DNA of 52,203 bases from Candidatus Nanopelagicales bacterium. GTDB lineage: Bacteria; Actinomycetota; Actinomycetes; S36-B12; UBA5976. The notes below the pieces were generated by a model. The model ran no database searches and was not told the DNA's origin. It worked only from the letters and a program-made list of their open reading frames with translations. Below are positions 1-11,224 of this stretch, piece by piece; positions within the stretch are counted from its first letter, which is position 1; every line of letters begins with the position of its first letter. Location: assembly GCA_044239795.1 (NCBI GenBank), contig JBIIAS010000001.1, positions 1 through 52,203 of the forward strand, written 5' to 3'. Both the position numbers and the translations under genes were made by a program.

Positions 1-1
1 T

Positions 2-79
2 TGGTACCCCTGGTCGGACTTGAACCGACACTGGCACGATTTTAAGTCGTGTGCCTCTAACCGATTGGGCTACAGGGGC
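2..79 (-). tRNA. tRNA with anticodon UAA (Leu by anticodon) but class-I architecture; CCA encoded
   Basis: Reverse complement folds as a cloverleaf. Acceptor GCCCCTG/CAGGGGT; 3-bp D stem GCC/GGC with a 12-nt loop containing GG; anticodon stem CACGA/TCGTG with loop CTTAAAA. Variable region is only 5 nt (CCAGT). T stem GTCGG/CCGAC with loop TTCAAGT; discriminator A; CCA present. Confidence 0.75.
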
Positions 80-125
80 GTGGTGTTTTCCACCGCTTAA
101 TCCTGACAGGTATTGCCAGAACTTC

Positions 126-1073
126 CTAACTGGGGTTGGAAACTAGGGCTCGGGCAATGCCATCGAGGATGTCGCGTTCCGAAACGACAACAACAGAAAG
201 GCCAGTTCGAGCCATTATGCGATCCAATACCAATGCGCCCGAGCCAATTACATCAATTCGACCCTCGTGCATAGGACCTAAAGTTGCCCGCTGTTCCCGA
301 GTCATAGTCAATAACTCATGCGTCACGCGATGCACTTCGCTGGCAGAAATTCGACTGCCATGAATTACTTCTGAGTCATACTCAGTTAGCCCCATTGCCA
401 GAGCTGCAACTGTTGTGACTGAGCCAGCTAGACCTATTAAACTTTTTGCTTCCACAATTGGTACAGCTTGGTAAGCCTGGTCAATTGCGGCATCGATGTC
501 TGCGGTTGCTGCAGCGATCTGTTCTGGAGTTGCTGGGTCACTAATCAAGTGACGTTCCGTCATTCGCACGCAACCAACATTTGTGCTGATTGCAGCAGTT
601 GGCTTTGTTGTGCCAAGTACAAATTCAGTTGACCCACCACCGATGTCAACCACTAAGTAAGGAGCATTTGGTGCGGGATCGAAATTCAATAAATCTGCAG
701 TTGCTCCCAAGAAGGAAAGTGCAGCTTCTTCATCACCACTGATGATGTCCGGTTCAATTCCTAAGCGAGCCAGAATGCCATCAACGAATTCGCCACGATT
801 TGAAACATCTCGGCTTGCACTTGTTGCCACAAATCGAACTAGTTCAGGTTCGTGCTTTTCGATCAATTGTGCGTACGTATCAATTGCTGCAAAAGTTCTA
901 GTTAGTGCGGCTTGTGAGAATTCTCCGGTTTTGTCAACGCCTTCACCTAAGCGAACGATAACCATAGTTCGAACGACATCAGTGAGTTTTCCGTTATCGA
1001 TATCTGCAATCAAAAGTCGAATCGAATTTGTACCGCAATCAATTGCTGCCACTCTCAATGTCATCACCTCCAC
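126..1073 (-). CDS. ppx: Ppx/GppA family exopolyphosphatase
   Basis: 315-aa ORF with actin-like ATPase motifs AAIDCGTNSIRLL and VVDIGGGSTE. Conserved position after DUF501. The true start may be ATG 1064 (MTLRVAA). Confidence 0.9.
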   Translation of the reverse strand: MEVMTLRVAAIDCGTNSIRLLIADIDNGKLTDVVRTMVIVRLGEGVDKTGEFSQAALTRTFAAIDTYAQLIEKHEPELVRFVATSASRDVSNRGEFVDGILARLGIEPDIISGDEEAALSFLGATADLLNFDPAPNAPYLVVDIGGGSTEFVLGTTKPTAAISTNVGCVRMTERHLISDPATPEQIAAATADIDAAIDQAYQAVPIVEAKSLIGLAGSVTTVAALAMGLTEYDSEVIHGSRISASEVHRVTHELLTMTREQRATLGPMHEGRIDVIGSGALVLDRIMARTGLSVVVVSERDILDGIARALVSNPS

Positions 1074-1545
1074 ATGGTCCAGTCTGACCCCAGTCTTTCA
1101 ACATAGCCAGTGCCAAGTCACCAAGTGGATTAACGCCTGGCCCAGCTGCTAGCGAGTGACCAACAAGTACATGCAGACACTTAACGCGAGTTGGCATACC
1201 ACCAGCGCTAATTCCGGCTATCTCTTCAACGTGCTCAATTGCTTCACGTTCTGCTAAATAAACTTCATGCGCTGTTTCATACTTCGCAGCAAGTTCTGGA
1301 TCAGCCGCAATTGCATCGGCAAGTTCTTTCATCACACCGTTTGCTTCCAGCGTTCCAATTGCTCCTGTGGCTTTAGGGCAAGTCATGTAATACAGCGTTG
1401 GGAATGGCGTCCCATCATCTAAGCGCGGTGAAGTCTTCAGTACGTCAGGCTGTCCGCAGGAACAGCGATGCGCAACTTCAATAACACTTCTGGGATCGCG
1501 CCCAAGTTGGGCACGCACTGCTGCGAAATCTTCTGGGGTCAGCAT
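1039..1545 (-). CDS. DUF501 domain-containing protein
   Basis: 168-aa ORF in the conserved actinobacterial eno-ftsB-DUF501-ppx arrangement. Its 3' end overlaps the ppx start. Confidence 0.8.
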   Translation of the reverse strand: MLTPEDFAAVRAQLGRDPRSVIEVAHRCSCGQPDVLKTSPRLDDGTPFPTLYYMTCPKATGAIGTLEANGVMKELADAIAADPELAAKYETAHEVYLAEREAIEHVEEIAGISAGGMPTRVKCLHVLVGHSLAAGPGVNPLGDLALAMLKDWGQTGPCGGDDIESGSN

Positions 1546-1549
1546 CTTG

Positions 1550-1993
1550 CTATTGCGGCAGATCTTCGGATTGCACGACTAATGGATCATCAGGTGGTGG
1601 TGGATTGTCGGCAAGCTTGGTGCTGCTCCAAAGTTTGGTGTACCAAGCCGAGTCATCGTTAGGTACTAAGGCACCTGGAACGCCGGTAATTGAAGTTGTT
1701 GTCTCTTCATCAAGTACTACAAAGCCAATTTCGCCTGGAAAGACATAATTCAGACGTTCTCTGGCTATGGCTTGAAGGTAAGCGGGATCAGAAAGTCTTG
1801 CTTTGCGATTATTCAATTCATCGATCTTGGTCTGCTGCGCAACTACTTGTTGTTCCAAGTCCTTGATTTCGCGTCGCTCTTGAATCAATGCGCGCAGTGG
1901 AACCGCCAAAGTCAGCATGACAAAAACACCCGCAAGAATCATTGCAATTGCGCGCGCATTTGTTTTCGGAGAAATCCTTGGAGAAGGGGCCAC
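1550..1993 (-). CDS. Septum formation initiator (FtsB/DivIC-like) protein
   Basis: 147 aa. One N-terminal TM helix (AIAMILAGVFVMLTLAV) followed by a coiled coil (IKDLEQQVVAQQTKIDELNNRKARL). Lies directly downstream of eno. Confidence 0.8.
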   Translation of the reverse strand: MAPSPRISPKTNARAIAMILAGVFVMLTLAVPLRALIQERREIKDLEQQVVAQQTKIDELNNRKARLSDPAYLQAIARERLNYVFPGEIGFVVLDEETTTSITGVPGALVPNDDSAWYTKLWSSTKLADNPPPPDDPLVVQSEDLPQ

Positions 1994-2011
1994 GTCTTTA
2001 TTGTGCCGTGC

Positions 2012-3307
<1,296 letters not shown>

Positions 3308-3385
3308 TCAAAGTAGGACTGCGAGCTTTGCCCGCCGCTAAGCAAAGTCTACCGATTTGGCAGATGTCTCTTGAAAAGCCAGTGG

Positions 3386-4039
3386 CTAAAGGCCTTCTGA
3401 TTCCCTTACTTTGCTGCGAAAGCGCATCATTTCTGCTCGAAGTACCGATTCAGATTCAATGTCTACCTCAAGAGCAAGTTCAACAGTTGCCACTAAGAGT
3501 GCTGCTATCTGTTCTTTGTTCACATCACCAATTAACTCGCGTAACGAATCTTTCATCGCAGAATCCCCTGCAGCAATTCCACTGTTTCGGGAACGATAAA
3601 CAAGTTGTGTTGCCAGCTGTAATGCCGGCATAGCCTTTGGCACACCATCGGTGACTGATTCGCGTTGCTTCTCTTCTTCTTTAATCTTTGCCCAGTTAGC
3701 TTCAAGCTCTTCATTTGATGAAACAACTAAGTCAGAAAAAACGTGAGGATGGCGTCGCACTAACTTATCTACGACACCCTGCGCGATTGCATCTAAGGAA
3801 AAGGTGGTGTCGGTTTCTTGAGCAATTCGTGCGTGAAAAACAACTTGCAAAAGTAGATCGCCTAATTCTTCCCGAAGTGAACCTAGGTCACCTTGATCCA
3901 TTGCCTCAAGGACTTCATAAGTTTCTTCGAGCAAGTAGCGCGCTAGGCTCTCGTGGGTTTGCTCAGCATCCCAGGGACAACCGCCAGGACTTCGAAGTTG
4001 GTCGATCACCTGGACAAGTTGTTCTACAGGTGAATTCAT
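3386..4039 (-). CDS. mazG: MazG family nucleoside triphosphate pyrophosphohydrolase
   Basis: 217 aa. Motifs CPWDAEQTHESLARYLLEETYEVLEA and ELGDLLLQVVFHA are typical MazG. Confidence 0.85.
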   Translation of the reverse strand: MNSPVEQLVQVIDQLRSPGGCPWDAEQTHESLARYLLEETYEVLEAMDQGDLGSLREELGDLLLQVVFHARIAQETDTTFSLDAIAQGVVDKLVRRHPHVFSDLVVSSNEELEANWAKIKEEEKQRESVTDGVPKAMPALQLATQLVYRSRNSGIAAGDSAMKDSLRELIGDVNKEQIAALLVATVELALEVDIESESVLRAEMMRFRSKVRESEGL

Positions 4040-4046
4040 TTTTAAT

Positions 4047-4682
4047 TTACCCTAGCGAAATCGGTAGTGGCACTGCCAAAGTTTCATCACCAGGTTTGCT
4101 GATGACAGCAGTTGGATCCCATTTCCCAAACCTAGGATTCAATTCAACGCCAAGTTCTTCACTCAAAGCAGTTAAGTAATCTGTCATGGCAACAAATTGC
4201 GTTTGGCTATCTGCGCCCGGTGCCAATTTTTCCATCAGAATGCGCTGAACCAGGATCTCGTGCATAAATCCATCTAAATCATCCGCCGGAACAGCATTTT
4301 GTGAAACGAGTTGTGCTTCGATGGTCTCCTGCGCATACTGCGCAAAAACTTCATCCTTGTATGCCGCAACATCACGATCCGTTACTTCGATTCCTTCGCG
4401 TGCAACTGCTTCTGCAAAAAGTGCAGCCCGAACAAAGTGATCTAATGCGCGCTGATTAATCTGGACCAAACTTGGGACTTCACTTACTAGTGATGGGTCT
4501 GTTACTTGGATTTGAGCGCGCACTTTGTCTACTCGATCAGCTACCGCTGACGCTGGGATAACTTTTCCATTGATGATTGCGGCGCTACCTGCAAGTTTTG
4601 GTGAATCAGAACATCCGGTTAGTACTGCAACGCCAATGATCAAAGTTGCAACGAAACGAAGTTTCACAGATGTTCCTTTCAA
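4047..4682 (-). CDS. Secreted lipoprotein, SurA N-terminal-domain-like chaperone
   Basis: 211 aa. Signal peptide with lipobox LTGCS. Helical SurA_N-like sequence and no obvious PPIase domain. Confidence 0.55.
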   Translation of the reverse strand: MKGTSVKLRFVATLIIGVAVLTGCSDSPKLAGSAAIINGKVIPASAVADRVDKVRAQIQVTDPSLVSEVPSLVQINQRALDHFVRAALFAEAVAREGIEVTDRDVAAYKDEVFAQYAQETIEAQLVSQNAVPADDLDGFMHEILVQRILMEKLAPGADSQTQFVAMTDYLTALSEELGVELNPRFGKWDPTAVISKPGDETLAVPLPISLG

Positions 4683-4702
4683 GAACCAACCTTCTAATTT
4701 TA

Positions 4703-7700
4703 TTATGAAGATGCAACCACTGATGACACCCAGGTATCAACCCATTCAACAAGGTCAATATCCGCTGCTTGGCTTGCTGATCCGATCAGTGCTCCCTTAG
4801 GGCGAGGCACGACAATCGTACGTGTTGCAGGCTTTATCACCGATCCTGGATACAGCCGGTTTAATCTCAGCACTTTAGATTCTGGTAGTTCAACTGGGGA
4901 AAACTTCACATGACTGGAAGTAGCAATTACTTCCGATATCCCAACGGCCTGCAACGAGACTCGCAATCTGGCAATTGAAACCAAGGTTTCGACTGGCGCT
5001 GGCATTGATCCGTATCGGTCAGCAAGCTCTTCGACTACTCCAGTTACATCTTCATTAGTTCTGGCATCTGCCAACCGACGATAAGCCTCGAGTCGAAGTC
5101 TCTCTTCTGGGACGTAACCGTGTGGCAAATGTGCATCGACCGGCAGTTCAACCTTTACGACGTCTTCAGCAATTGCGGCACCACCGGTTTTAACTTCTTC
5201 CACCGCTTCACTCACTAGGCGAACGTAAAGATCGAAACCAACATCAGCGATGTGTCCGCTTTGCTCGCCACCAAGTAAGTTTCCTGCGCCGCGTATTTCT
5301 AAGTCTTTCATGGCAACAGCCATACCTGAACCTAAATCAGTGTGTGCTGCGATCGTAGAAAGTCGATCATGGGCATTTTCACTCAATGGTTTATCTGGTG
5401 AGTACAAGAAGTAGGCGTAGCCACGTTCTCGACTTCGACCAACGCGACCGCGCAATTGATGTAGTTGCGACAAGCCAAATGTGTCTGCACGATCCACAAT
5501 CAACGTATTTGCATTTGGAATGTCTAAGCCGCTTTCAATGATCGTGGTTGAAACCAGTACGTCGTACTTGTGCTCCCAGAAATCAACGATGATCTGTTCC
5601 AAAGTGTGTTCATTCATTTGTCCGTGTGCCACGGCGATTCGAGCTTCTGGAACTAACTCAGACAACTTAGCTGCAACTCGATTAATGCTTTCCACGCGAT
5701 TATGGACAAAGAAGATTTGTCCGTCGCGAATTAGTTCGCGGTGAATTGCTGCAGTAATAAATTTCTCATCGTACGGTCCGACAGTGGTTAACACTGGATG
5801 TCGTTCTTCCGGCGGGGTTTGTATCGTAGACATTTCTCGCAAGCCAGTAACAGCCATTTCAAGTGTTCGTGGGATTGGTGTTGCAGACATAGTGAGCATG
5901 TCGACATTTGTTCGCAGTGCTTTCAAGTGTTCTTTGTGCTCAACACCAAATCGTTGTTCTTCATCAACTATGACTAAGCCAAGATCCTTGAACCGAACTT
6001 CTGGATTGAATAAACGATGTGTACCAATGACCATGTCGATGGTTCCATCAGTAATTCCACTGATGACTTCACGGACCTGGGCATCGGTTTGAAACCGAGA
6101 GAGTGCGGCTAACTTAATTGGGAATTGCGCATATCTGCGAGAAAAAGTTTCAAAGTGCTGCTGTACCAACAAAGTTGTTGGAACCAAGATCGCGACTTGC
6201 TTGCCGTCTTGGACTGCCTTAAATGCTGCGCGAACTGCAATTTCAGTTTTGCCGTATCCCACATCGCCACAGACCAATCGATCCATCGGAATGTCATTTT
6301 CCATATCGCGCTTAACTTCATCGATAGTTACTAACTGATCTGGAGTTTCGACGTATTCAAAAGCATCTTCAAGTTCGCGTTGCCAAGGACTATCCGGCGA
6401 GAAGGCAAAGCCTTTACTTGCCATGCGAGCTGCATACAGTCGGATAAGTTCTCCAGCAATCTGCCGAACTGCTCGACGAGCTCGAGATTTAGTTGCTGCC
6501 CAATCCCCGCCACCAAGTCGATTTAAGGAAGGGGCTTCGCCACCAACGTATCTAGTTACTTGATCTAGCTGGTCGCTTGGCACATAAAGTCGATCCCCGC
6601 GTTGACCTCGTTTACTGGCTGCGTATTCAATGACCAAGTATTCGCGAGTTGCATTAGCTACAGTTCGCTGAGACATCTCGATGTATTTACCAACACCATG
6701 CTGTTCGTGAACCACGAAGTCACCACTCTTGAGAGTTAGTGGATCGATAACAACTCGGCGCTTACTTGGTAACGATCTATTTTCTTTTGATGCATCTCGA
6801 CTGCCAAACAAATCAACTTCGGTAACCAGAACTAAGCCAGCAGATTTAACTTGAATGCCAAATTCCTGATGACCCACAGTTACTTCAATGACTTCATCTT
6901 TCAAGCCAGCAGTTAGTTCTTCAGTCTGTCGGGCTGGAATTCCTAACTCCATCAAAGTTGCAACTAAGCGCTCTGTGGAACCATGGCCTGCCATCGAAAC
7001 AGCGACTCGAGAGCCGGCTTTCCACCAAGTGCGAATGTCGGAAACGAACTCTTCAATTTTGGATCGGTAATCGGGAGTCGCTTCAACGGCAGGTGATTCA
7101 TCTTGTGGTCCAGCCAGAGTTGTTAGACCAAGCCAAGCGTGCGAATTACTTTCATCTCGAAGTTCTCGATAATTCCGAAAGGCACTTGCTTCCAAATCAA
7201 TTGGTGAGACATTACCTGCAGTTGCATTGCTCCATGATGCTTCTAAGAACTCTGCACTAGTTGAAACCAATTCACGGGCTCTTGTTTCCAAGCGCTCTGG
7301 TTCGGCTTCAATGATTACTGCCTTGGGATCAATTACATCGATGAGCATTTCCAGTTTTGGCACCAGAACAGGAATCAAACTTTCCATGCCTTCAGCTGCA
7401 ATTCCGGCGGCAATCTTTTCCAACATCTCAGATAACTCTGGGTGTGCTGTGATCATGTTTGCTGCTTTGGCGGCTACCTCTCCAGTAATCAAAAGTTCAC
7501 GACAAGCTGTGGCAAAAATCTGATCGACAGCAATCCCTAATGAGCGTTGATCAGCGATAGAGAAAGCACGTATCTCTTCGACTGTGTCTCCCCAGAACTC
7601 AACGCGCAATGGATGCTCCAGTGCTGGTGGAAAGAGATCAACAATGCCACCACGAACTGCGAACTGTCCGCGTCGATCAACTAAATCAACGCGATCAAAG

Positions 7701-8185
7701 CCCAGCCGAGAAAGCTCTGAAATAAGTTTTTCAAGTGGGAAGTCATCCCCCGTCGAAATCTTTAACGCCGGGACATCACCAAGGCCAGCAACTATGGGTT
7801 GAATGAATGCTCGGGCGCTTGTTACCAAAACAGAAATGGGTGATATTTCATTTGGATTTGCCAGTCTGCGCAAGACTGCCATTCGTCTACCAACTGTGTC
7901 GCTGCTTGGACTTAGTCGTTCATGCGGCAAAGTTTCCCAAGCTGGAAACACGGCGATGTTTTCTTCTGGAATAAAGTCAGTGAGTGAGTTTGCTAAATCT
8001 TGAGCAGCTCTTTCAGTGGCTGCAATCAAAACTACTGGGCGGGATTTTGCTACGGTTGCACTCAAGTATGGGATTGCGCTCTTATTGACTGCTAGTCGAA
8101 CTTTCAGTCCGGAGTTTAAATCTGAAAGTGCGCCTTTAACGATCTGGTCTTGAGCGATAGCATCGCTTATCAACTTAAGAGTCAT
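4703..8185 (-). CDS. mfd: Transcription-repair coupling factor
   Basis: 1160 aa. CarD/TRCF RNAP-interaction segment (DFVVHEQHGVGKY); helicase motifs GDVGYGKTE, DEEQRFGV and RGRVGRS; TRCF C-terminal domain. Confidence 0.97.
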   Translation of the reverse strand: MTLKLISDAIAQDQIVKGALSDLNSGLKVRLAVNKSAIPYLSATVAKSRPVVLIAATERAAQDLANSLTDFIPEENIAVFPAWETLPHERLSPSSDTVGRRMAVLRRLANPNEISPISVLVTSARAFIQPIVAGLGDVPALKISTGDDFPLEKLISELSRLGFDRVDLVDRRGQFAVRGGIVDLFPPALEHPLRVEFWGDTVEEIRAFSIADQRSLGIAVDQIFATACRELLITGEVAAKAANMITAHPELSEMLEKIAAGIAAEGMESLIPVLVPKLEMLIDVIDPKAVIIEAEPERLETRARELVSTSAEFLEASWSNATAGNVSPIDLEASAFRNYRELRDESNSHAWLGLTTLAGPQDESPAVEATPDYRSKIEEFVSDIRTWWKAGSRVAVSMAGHGSTERLVATLMELGIPARQTEELTAGLKDEVIEVTVGHQEFGIQVKSAGLVLVTEVDLFGSRDASKENRSLPSKRRVVIDPLTLKSGDFVVHEQHGVGKYIEMSQRTVANATREYLVIEYAASKRGQRGDRLYVPSDQLDQVTRYVGGEAPSLNRLGGGDWAATKSRARRAVRQIAGELIRLYAARMASKGFAFSPDSPWQRELEDAFEYVETPDQLVTIDEVKRDMENDIPMDRLVCGDVGYGKTEIAVRAAFKAVQDGKQVAILVPTTLLVQQHFETFSRRYAQFPIKLAALSRFQTDAQVREVISGITDGTIDMVIGTHRLFNPEVRFKDLGLVIVDEEQRFGVEHKEHLKALRTNVDMLTMSATPIPRTLEMAVTGLREMSTIQTPPEERHPVLTTVGPYDEKFITAAIHRELIRDGQIFFVHNRVESINRVAAKLSELVPEARIAVAHGQMNEHTLEQIIVDFWEHKYDVLVSTTIIESGLDIPNANTLIVDRADTFGLSQLHQLRGRVGRSRERGYAYFLYSPDKPLSENAHDRLSTIAAHTDLGSGMAVAMKDLEIRGAGNLLGGEQSGHIADVGFDLYVRLVSEAVEEVKTGGAAIAEDVVKVELPVDAHLPHGYVPEERLRLEAYRRLADARTNEDVTGVVEELADRYGSMPAPVETLVSIARLRVSLQAVGISEVIATSSHVKFSPVELPESKVLRLNRLYPGSVIKPATRTIVVPRPKGALIGSASQAADIDLVEWVDTWVSSVVASS

Positions 8186-8988
8186 CGGTCTTCCAAGGCT
8201 TCAACAATGGTCGCTGTTAACTCTGGCCGACAAATCAAGATGTCTTTTACTTTCAGGTCCACTTTGTTTAGATAAATTGGCTTACCACTGCAGTCAGAAA
8301 CTGAAAGTCCGTTGTGGACTGCAATTCCTAGTGGCGCCGCTAAGTCCCATTCATAAAATCCACCAGAGTTGAAGTAAACGTCTGCAGTGTCAGCCACGAT
8401 GGCGCCCACTTTTGCACCAACTGATCCCATTGGGATTACTTCGACGCTGCCGCGATCTGGAAAAGTTGCTTCAAGTTTTTTGATTACTTCTGGAATTTCA
8501 CGCGGTGGTCGACTGCGGGATACCAAGATGCGAATTGGTGAGTCGGTCGAAACGTAACGCTGCTTTGGTTCATCCATAGACCAAAGTTCATTTCGAGCTG
8601 GAACGGCAACGCTGGCAACAGATATCTGGCCCTCGTTCTGGGAGCCAGCTTCCCACAGTGCAATGTGTACTGCGAAATCTTCACCACCGCTTGAGTATTG
8701 GGCTGTGCCATCAAGTGGATCAATAATCCAGACGCGATCAGCGTTAAGTCGAGCAACTTCTAAGTCGCCTTCTTCGCTAAGCACAACATCATTTGGTCGA
8801 TGAGTGGAAAACTGTTCCATTAGGTAGTCGTGAGCAACCCGGTCACCTTCGCTGCCCAGAACTTCTTCTGCCAAAACTGAATGGGTTTCATCTTCTCCAT
8901 CTGACAAACTTGCCGCATGCTTGCGCAAACCTAAAAGCAAAGTTCCAGTTTCGCGAGCGAGTTTGCGAGCTAACTCATGATCATTCAT
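8182..8988 (-). CDS. Inositol monophosphatase / CysQ-type bisphosphate nucleotidase family protein
   Basis: 268 aa. Metal-binding motifs LSEEG and WIIDPLDGT. Has 4-nt overlaps with both mfd and pth. Confidence 0.8.
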   Translation of the reverse strand: MNDHELARKLARETGTLLLGLRKHAASLSDGEDETHSVLAEEVLGSEGDRVAHDYLMEQFSTHRPNDVVLSEEGDLEVARLNADRVWIIDPLDGTAQYSSGGEDFAVHIALWEAGSQNEGQISVASVAVPARNELWSMDEPKQRYVSTDSPIRILVSRSRPPREIPEVIKKLEATFPDRGSVEVIPMGSVGAKVGAIVADTADVYFNSGGFYEWDLAAPLGIAVHNGLSVSDCSGKPIYLNKVDLKVKDILICRPELTATIVEALEDR

Positions 8989-9563
8989 GAGTTATACAGA
9001 TTCTGCGTTTCAATCAATCCTTTTGTTATCAGAGCTGAAACCGCTTCACACCCTTGGGACTTTAGAATTTCAACTTCAGCGCTTTCAGAACTGCCAAAGT
9101 TTCGTAACACAAAGTCCGCTGGATCTTGCTGACCTGGTGGGCGGCCGATACCTAAGCGAACGCGGAACCAATCACCGCTTCCCATTGAAGAACGGATTGA
9201 TTTCAAACCATTGTGACCGTTATCTCCACCACCAAGTTTCACTCTGATAGCAGCAAGAGGGATATCTAGTTCATCGTGCAGAACAATTATTTGTTCCGGA
9301 TCAACTTTGTAGAACTTTGTTAGCGCTTTAACTGGTCCGCCAGATTCATTCATGTATGAAAGCGGTTTAACTAAAACTACTTGCGCACCACCGATTCGGG
9401 TTTCGCAAACATCAGCTAGCGCTCTTTTGTGCCTGGTTAACTTCTCAGAATTCTGAGAGACCAGTTCATCGATAACCATCGCACCGATGTTGTGACGCGT
9501 AGATGCGTAAGTGGGACCCGGGTTACCGAGTCCCACTACAAGCCACGCACCGTTATCTGACAC
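8985..9563 (-). CDS. pth: Peptidyl-tRNA hydrolase
   Basis: Motif WLVVGLGNPGPTYASTRHNIG. I place the start at GTG 9563, 2 nt after the rplY stop, which gives 192 aa. The 251-aa track ORF runs into rplY in another frame. Confidence 0.9.
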   Translation of the reverse strand: MSDNGAWLVVGLGNPGPTYASTRHNIGAMVIDELVSQNSEKLTRHKRALADVCETRIGGAQVVLVKPLSYMNESGGPVKALTKFYKVDPEQIIVLHDELDIPLAAIRVKLGGGDNGHNGLKSIRSSMGSGDWFRVRLGIGRPPGQQDPADFVLRNFGSSESAEVEILKSQGCEAVSALITKGLIETQNLYNS

Positions 9564-9567
9564 GGTC

Positions 9568-10062
9568 TTACTCTGCAGATTCCTCTGCAGGTGCATCACT
9601 GCTGGCGTTATCGCTGCTGCCAGCTTCTGCTCCTGCTTCAGCTGCAGGTGCCTCGCTTGCAGCATCAGCTTCAGCGCGAGCTGCAGCCTTTGATTCTGCC
9701 AATGCGATTGCTGCTGCTGCGTCTGCTTCTTGACGTGCATGTGATTCAGCGGCTTCGCGTGCCAACGATGCAGCTTCTGCAGCTGTTACGTAAACAAAGT
9801 CGACGTGCTCGATACCGCGGGTTACTGGATCAATCTGAAGATCGCGTGGTGCAACGGTTTCAGTCTTTCCGTTAAGAACGATTTCTAGAGAGGTTACTTT
9901 CTTGCGAAGTGTAAGTCTCAAGGTATGTGCATCGAATGCCACGTGGATTGGAGCAATTCCGTGCCCGTAAACCACTGCTGGAACTTTGCCGTCGCGGCGA
10001 AGGCGACGTGCTGCACCCTTACCAAAATCTGAACGGGCTTCTGCGACTAATGCGTCACTCAT
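9568..10062 (-). CDS. rplY: 50S ribosomal protein L25 / Ctc
   Basis: 164 aa. N-terminus GKGAARRLRRDGKVPAVVYGHG. Ala/Glu-rich low-complexity C-terminal tail. Confidence 0.9.
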   Translation of the reverse strand: MSDALVAEARSDFGKGAARRLRRDGKVPAVVYGHGIAPIHVAFDAHTLRLTLRKKVTSLEIVLNGKTETVAPRDLQIDPVTRGIEHVDFVYVTAAEAASLAREAAESHARQEADAAAAIALAESKAAARAEADAASEAPAAEAGAEAGSSDNASSDAPAEESAE

Positions 10063-10233
10063 TTATTTCTCCTCGTACTAGGTCATTTATGGATAGCTCC
10101 ACAACGGACCTTCGTCGATTACGGCTTTTTAGGGCCCTCGCCGAGGAGCATCCCTAGGCTAGCCCAGGTCAGTACCCAAGGCCAAAACGAGCGAGATTAA
10201 CTAACTTAAACGACCTTGATTTAACGGGAGTTC

Positions 10234-11214
10234 TTAGACTCCGACGTGGTCGAACAAGCTGGCAACCGAACCTTCATCAAATACTTCCTTGATGGCTCGA
10301 GCCAGCAGTGGCGCAATCGGAAGGATTGTCAGATTCGGGAATTGATTCTCAGGTGGAATCGGAAGCGTGTCAGTAACTACAACCTCGCGAATTCCGGAAT
10401 CTTGCAAGCGCTGTGCGGCAGGTGAGGAAAAAATTCCGTGTGTAGCAGTAACGATTACATCAGATGCGCCATTTTCGAATAGCGCTTCAGAAGCCTTAAC
10501 GATGGTGCCGCCAGTGTCGATCATGTCGTCAACAACAACACAGATGCGATCCTTAACATCACCAACAACTTCAAGTACCTTGGCTTCGTTTGGTACATCT
10601 GGATCGCGACGCTTATGCATGATCGCAAGTGGTGCGCCCAAGATGTCAGTCCAACGCTCAGCAACGCGCACGCGGCCAGCATCTGGCGAAACAACTGTGA
10701 TCTTGTCGCGGTCAACGCTGCGACCTACGTGGGCAGCAAGAATTGGTAATGCGAACAAGTGATCAACGGGTCCGTCAAAGAAACCTTGAATCTGTGCAGT
10801 GTGAAGATCCACACTCATCAAACGATCTGCGCCAGCAGTAGCAAATAAGTCAGCCATCAAACGTGCCGAGATTGGTTCGCGTCCAGCGTGCTTCTTATCT
10901 TGGCGAGCGTAACCATAGAACGGAGCAACAACTGTGATTCGCTTTGCCGAAGCGCGCTTTAGCGCATCCACCATTAGCAGGTGCTCCATGATCCATTCGT
11001 TGACTGGAGCTGTGTGGGTTTGAAGTACGAATACATCGCAACCGCGAATGGATTCTTCGAAGCGAACAAAGATTTCGCCATTTGCAAAGTTGTAAGCACG
11101 TGTAGGAACTAGCTCAACACCAAGGTTGTCAGCTACAGCTTGTGCGAGTTCAGGATGTGACCGGCCTGCGATAAGAACCATCCGCTTTGCATTGTTCTGC
11201 GTGATGCCAGTCAT
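10234..11214 (-). CDS. prs: Ribose-phosphate diphosphokinase
   Basis: 326 aa. Motifs VVSPDAGRVRVAE and VVDDMIDTGGT (PRPP-binding loop). Confidence 0.95.
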   Translation of the reverse strand: MTGITQNNAKRMVLIAGRSHPELAQAVADNLGVELVPTRAYNFANGEIFVRFEESIRGCDVFVLQTHTAPVNEWIMEHLLMVDALKRASAKRITVVAPFYGYARQDKKHAGREPISARLMADLFATAGADRLMSVDLHTAQIQGFFDGPVDHLFALPILAAHVGRSVDRDKITVVSPDAGRVRVAERWTDILGAPLAIMHKRRDPDVPNEAKVLEVVGDVKDRICVVVDDMIDTGGTIVKASEALFENGASDVIVTATHGIFSSPAAQRLQDSGIREVVVTDTLPIPPENQFPNLTILPIAPLLARAIKEVFDEGSVASLFDHVGV

Positions 11215-11224
11215 CTAGTTTCCT

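Noticed and set aside
742-1152. Long antisense or alternative-frame ORFs across the window (for example 742-1152, 10367-10762, 21515-21919, 22487-22810, 38590-38967, 43889-44299, 45011-45370, 48997-49320)
   Set aside because: Each lies inside a strongly supported gene on the opposite strand or another frame. Their composition is typical of shadow ORFs (Ser/Arg/Thr/Pro-rich). None has an RBS or a recognisable domain.
9564-9740. N-terminal 59-aa extension of the pth ORF (the track ORF is 251 aa, Gln/Leu-rich)
   Set aside because: It overlaps the rplY 3' end in another frame and has low-complexity composition mirroring the Ala/Glu-rich L25 tail. The conserved Pth core begins right after GTG 9563, which follows the rplY stop.
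10063-10233. Structured r-protein leader or small RNA in the 171-nt prs-rplY gap
   Set aside because: I could find only short palindromes (GGCTAGCC, CCTAGG) and weak stems. There is no convincing terminator or conserved motif, so I leave it as an unannotated promoter/leader region.
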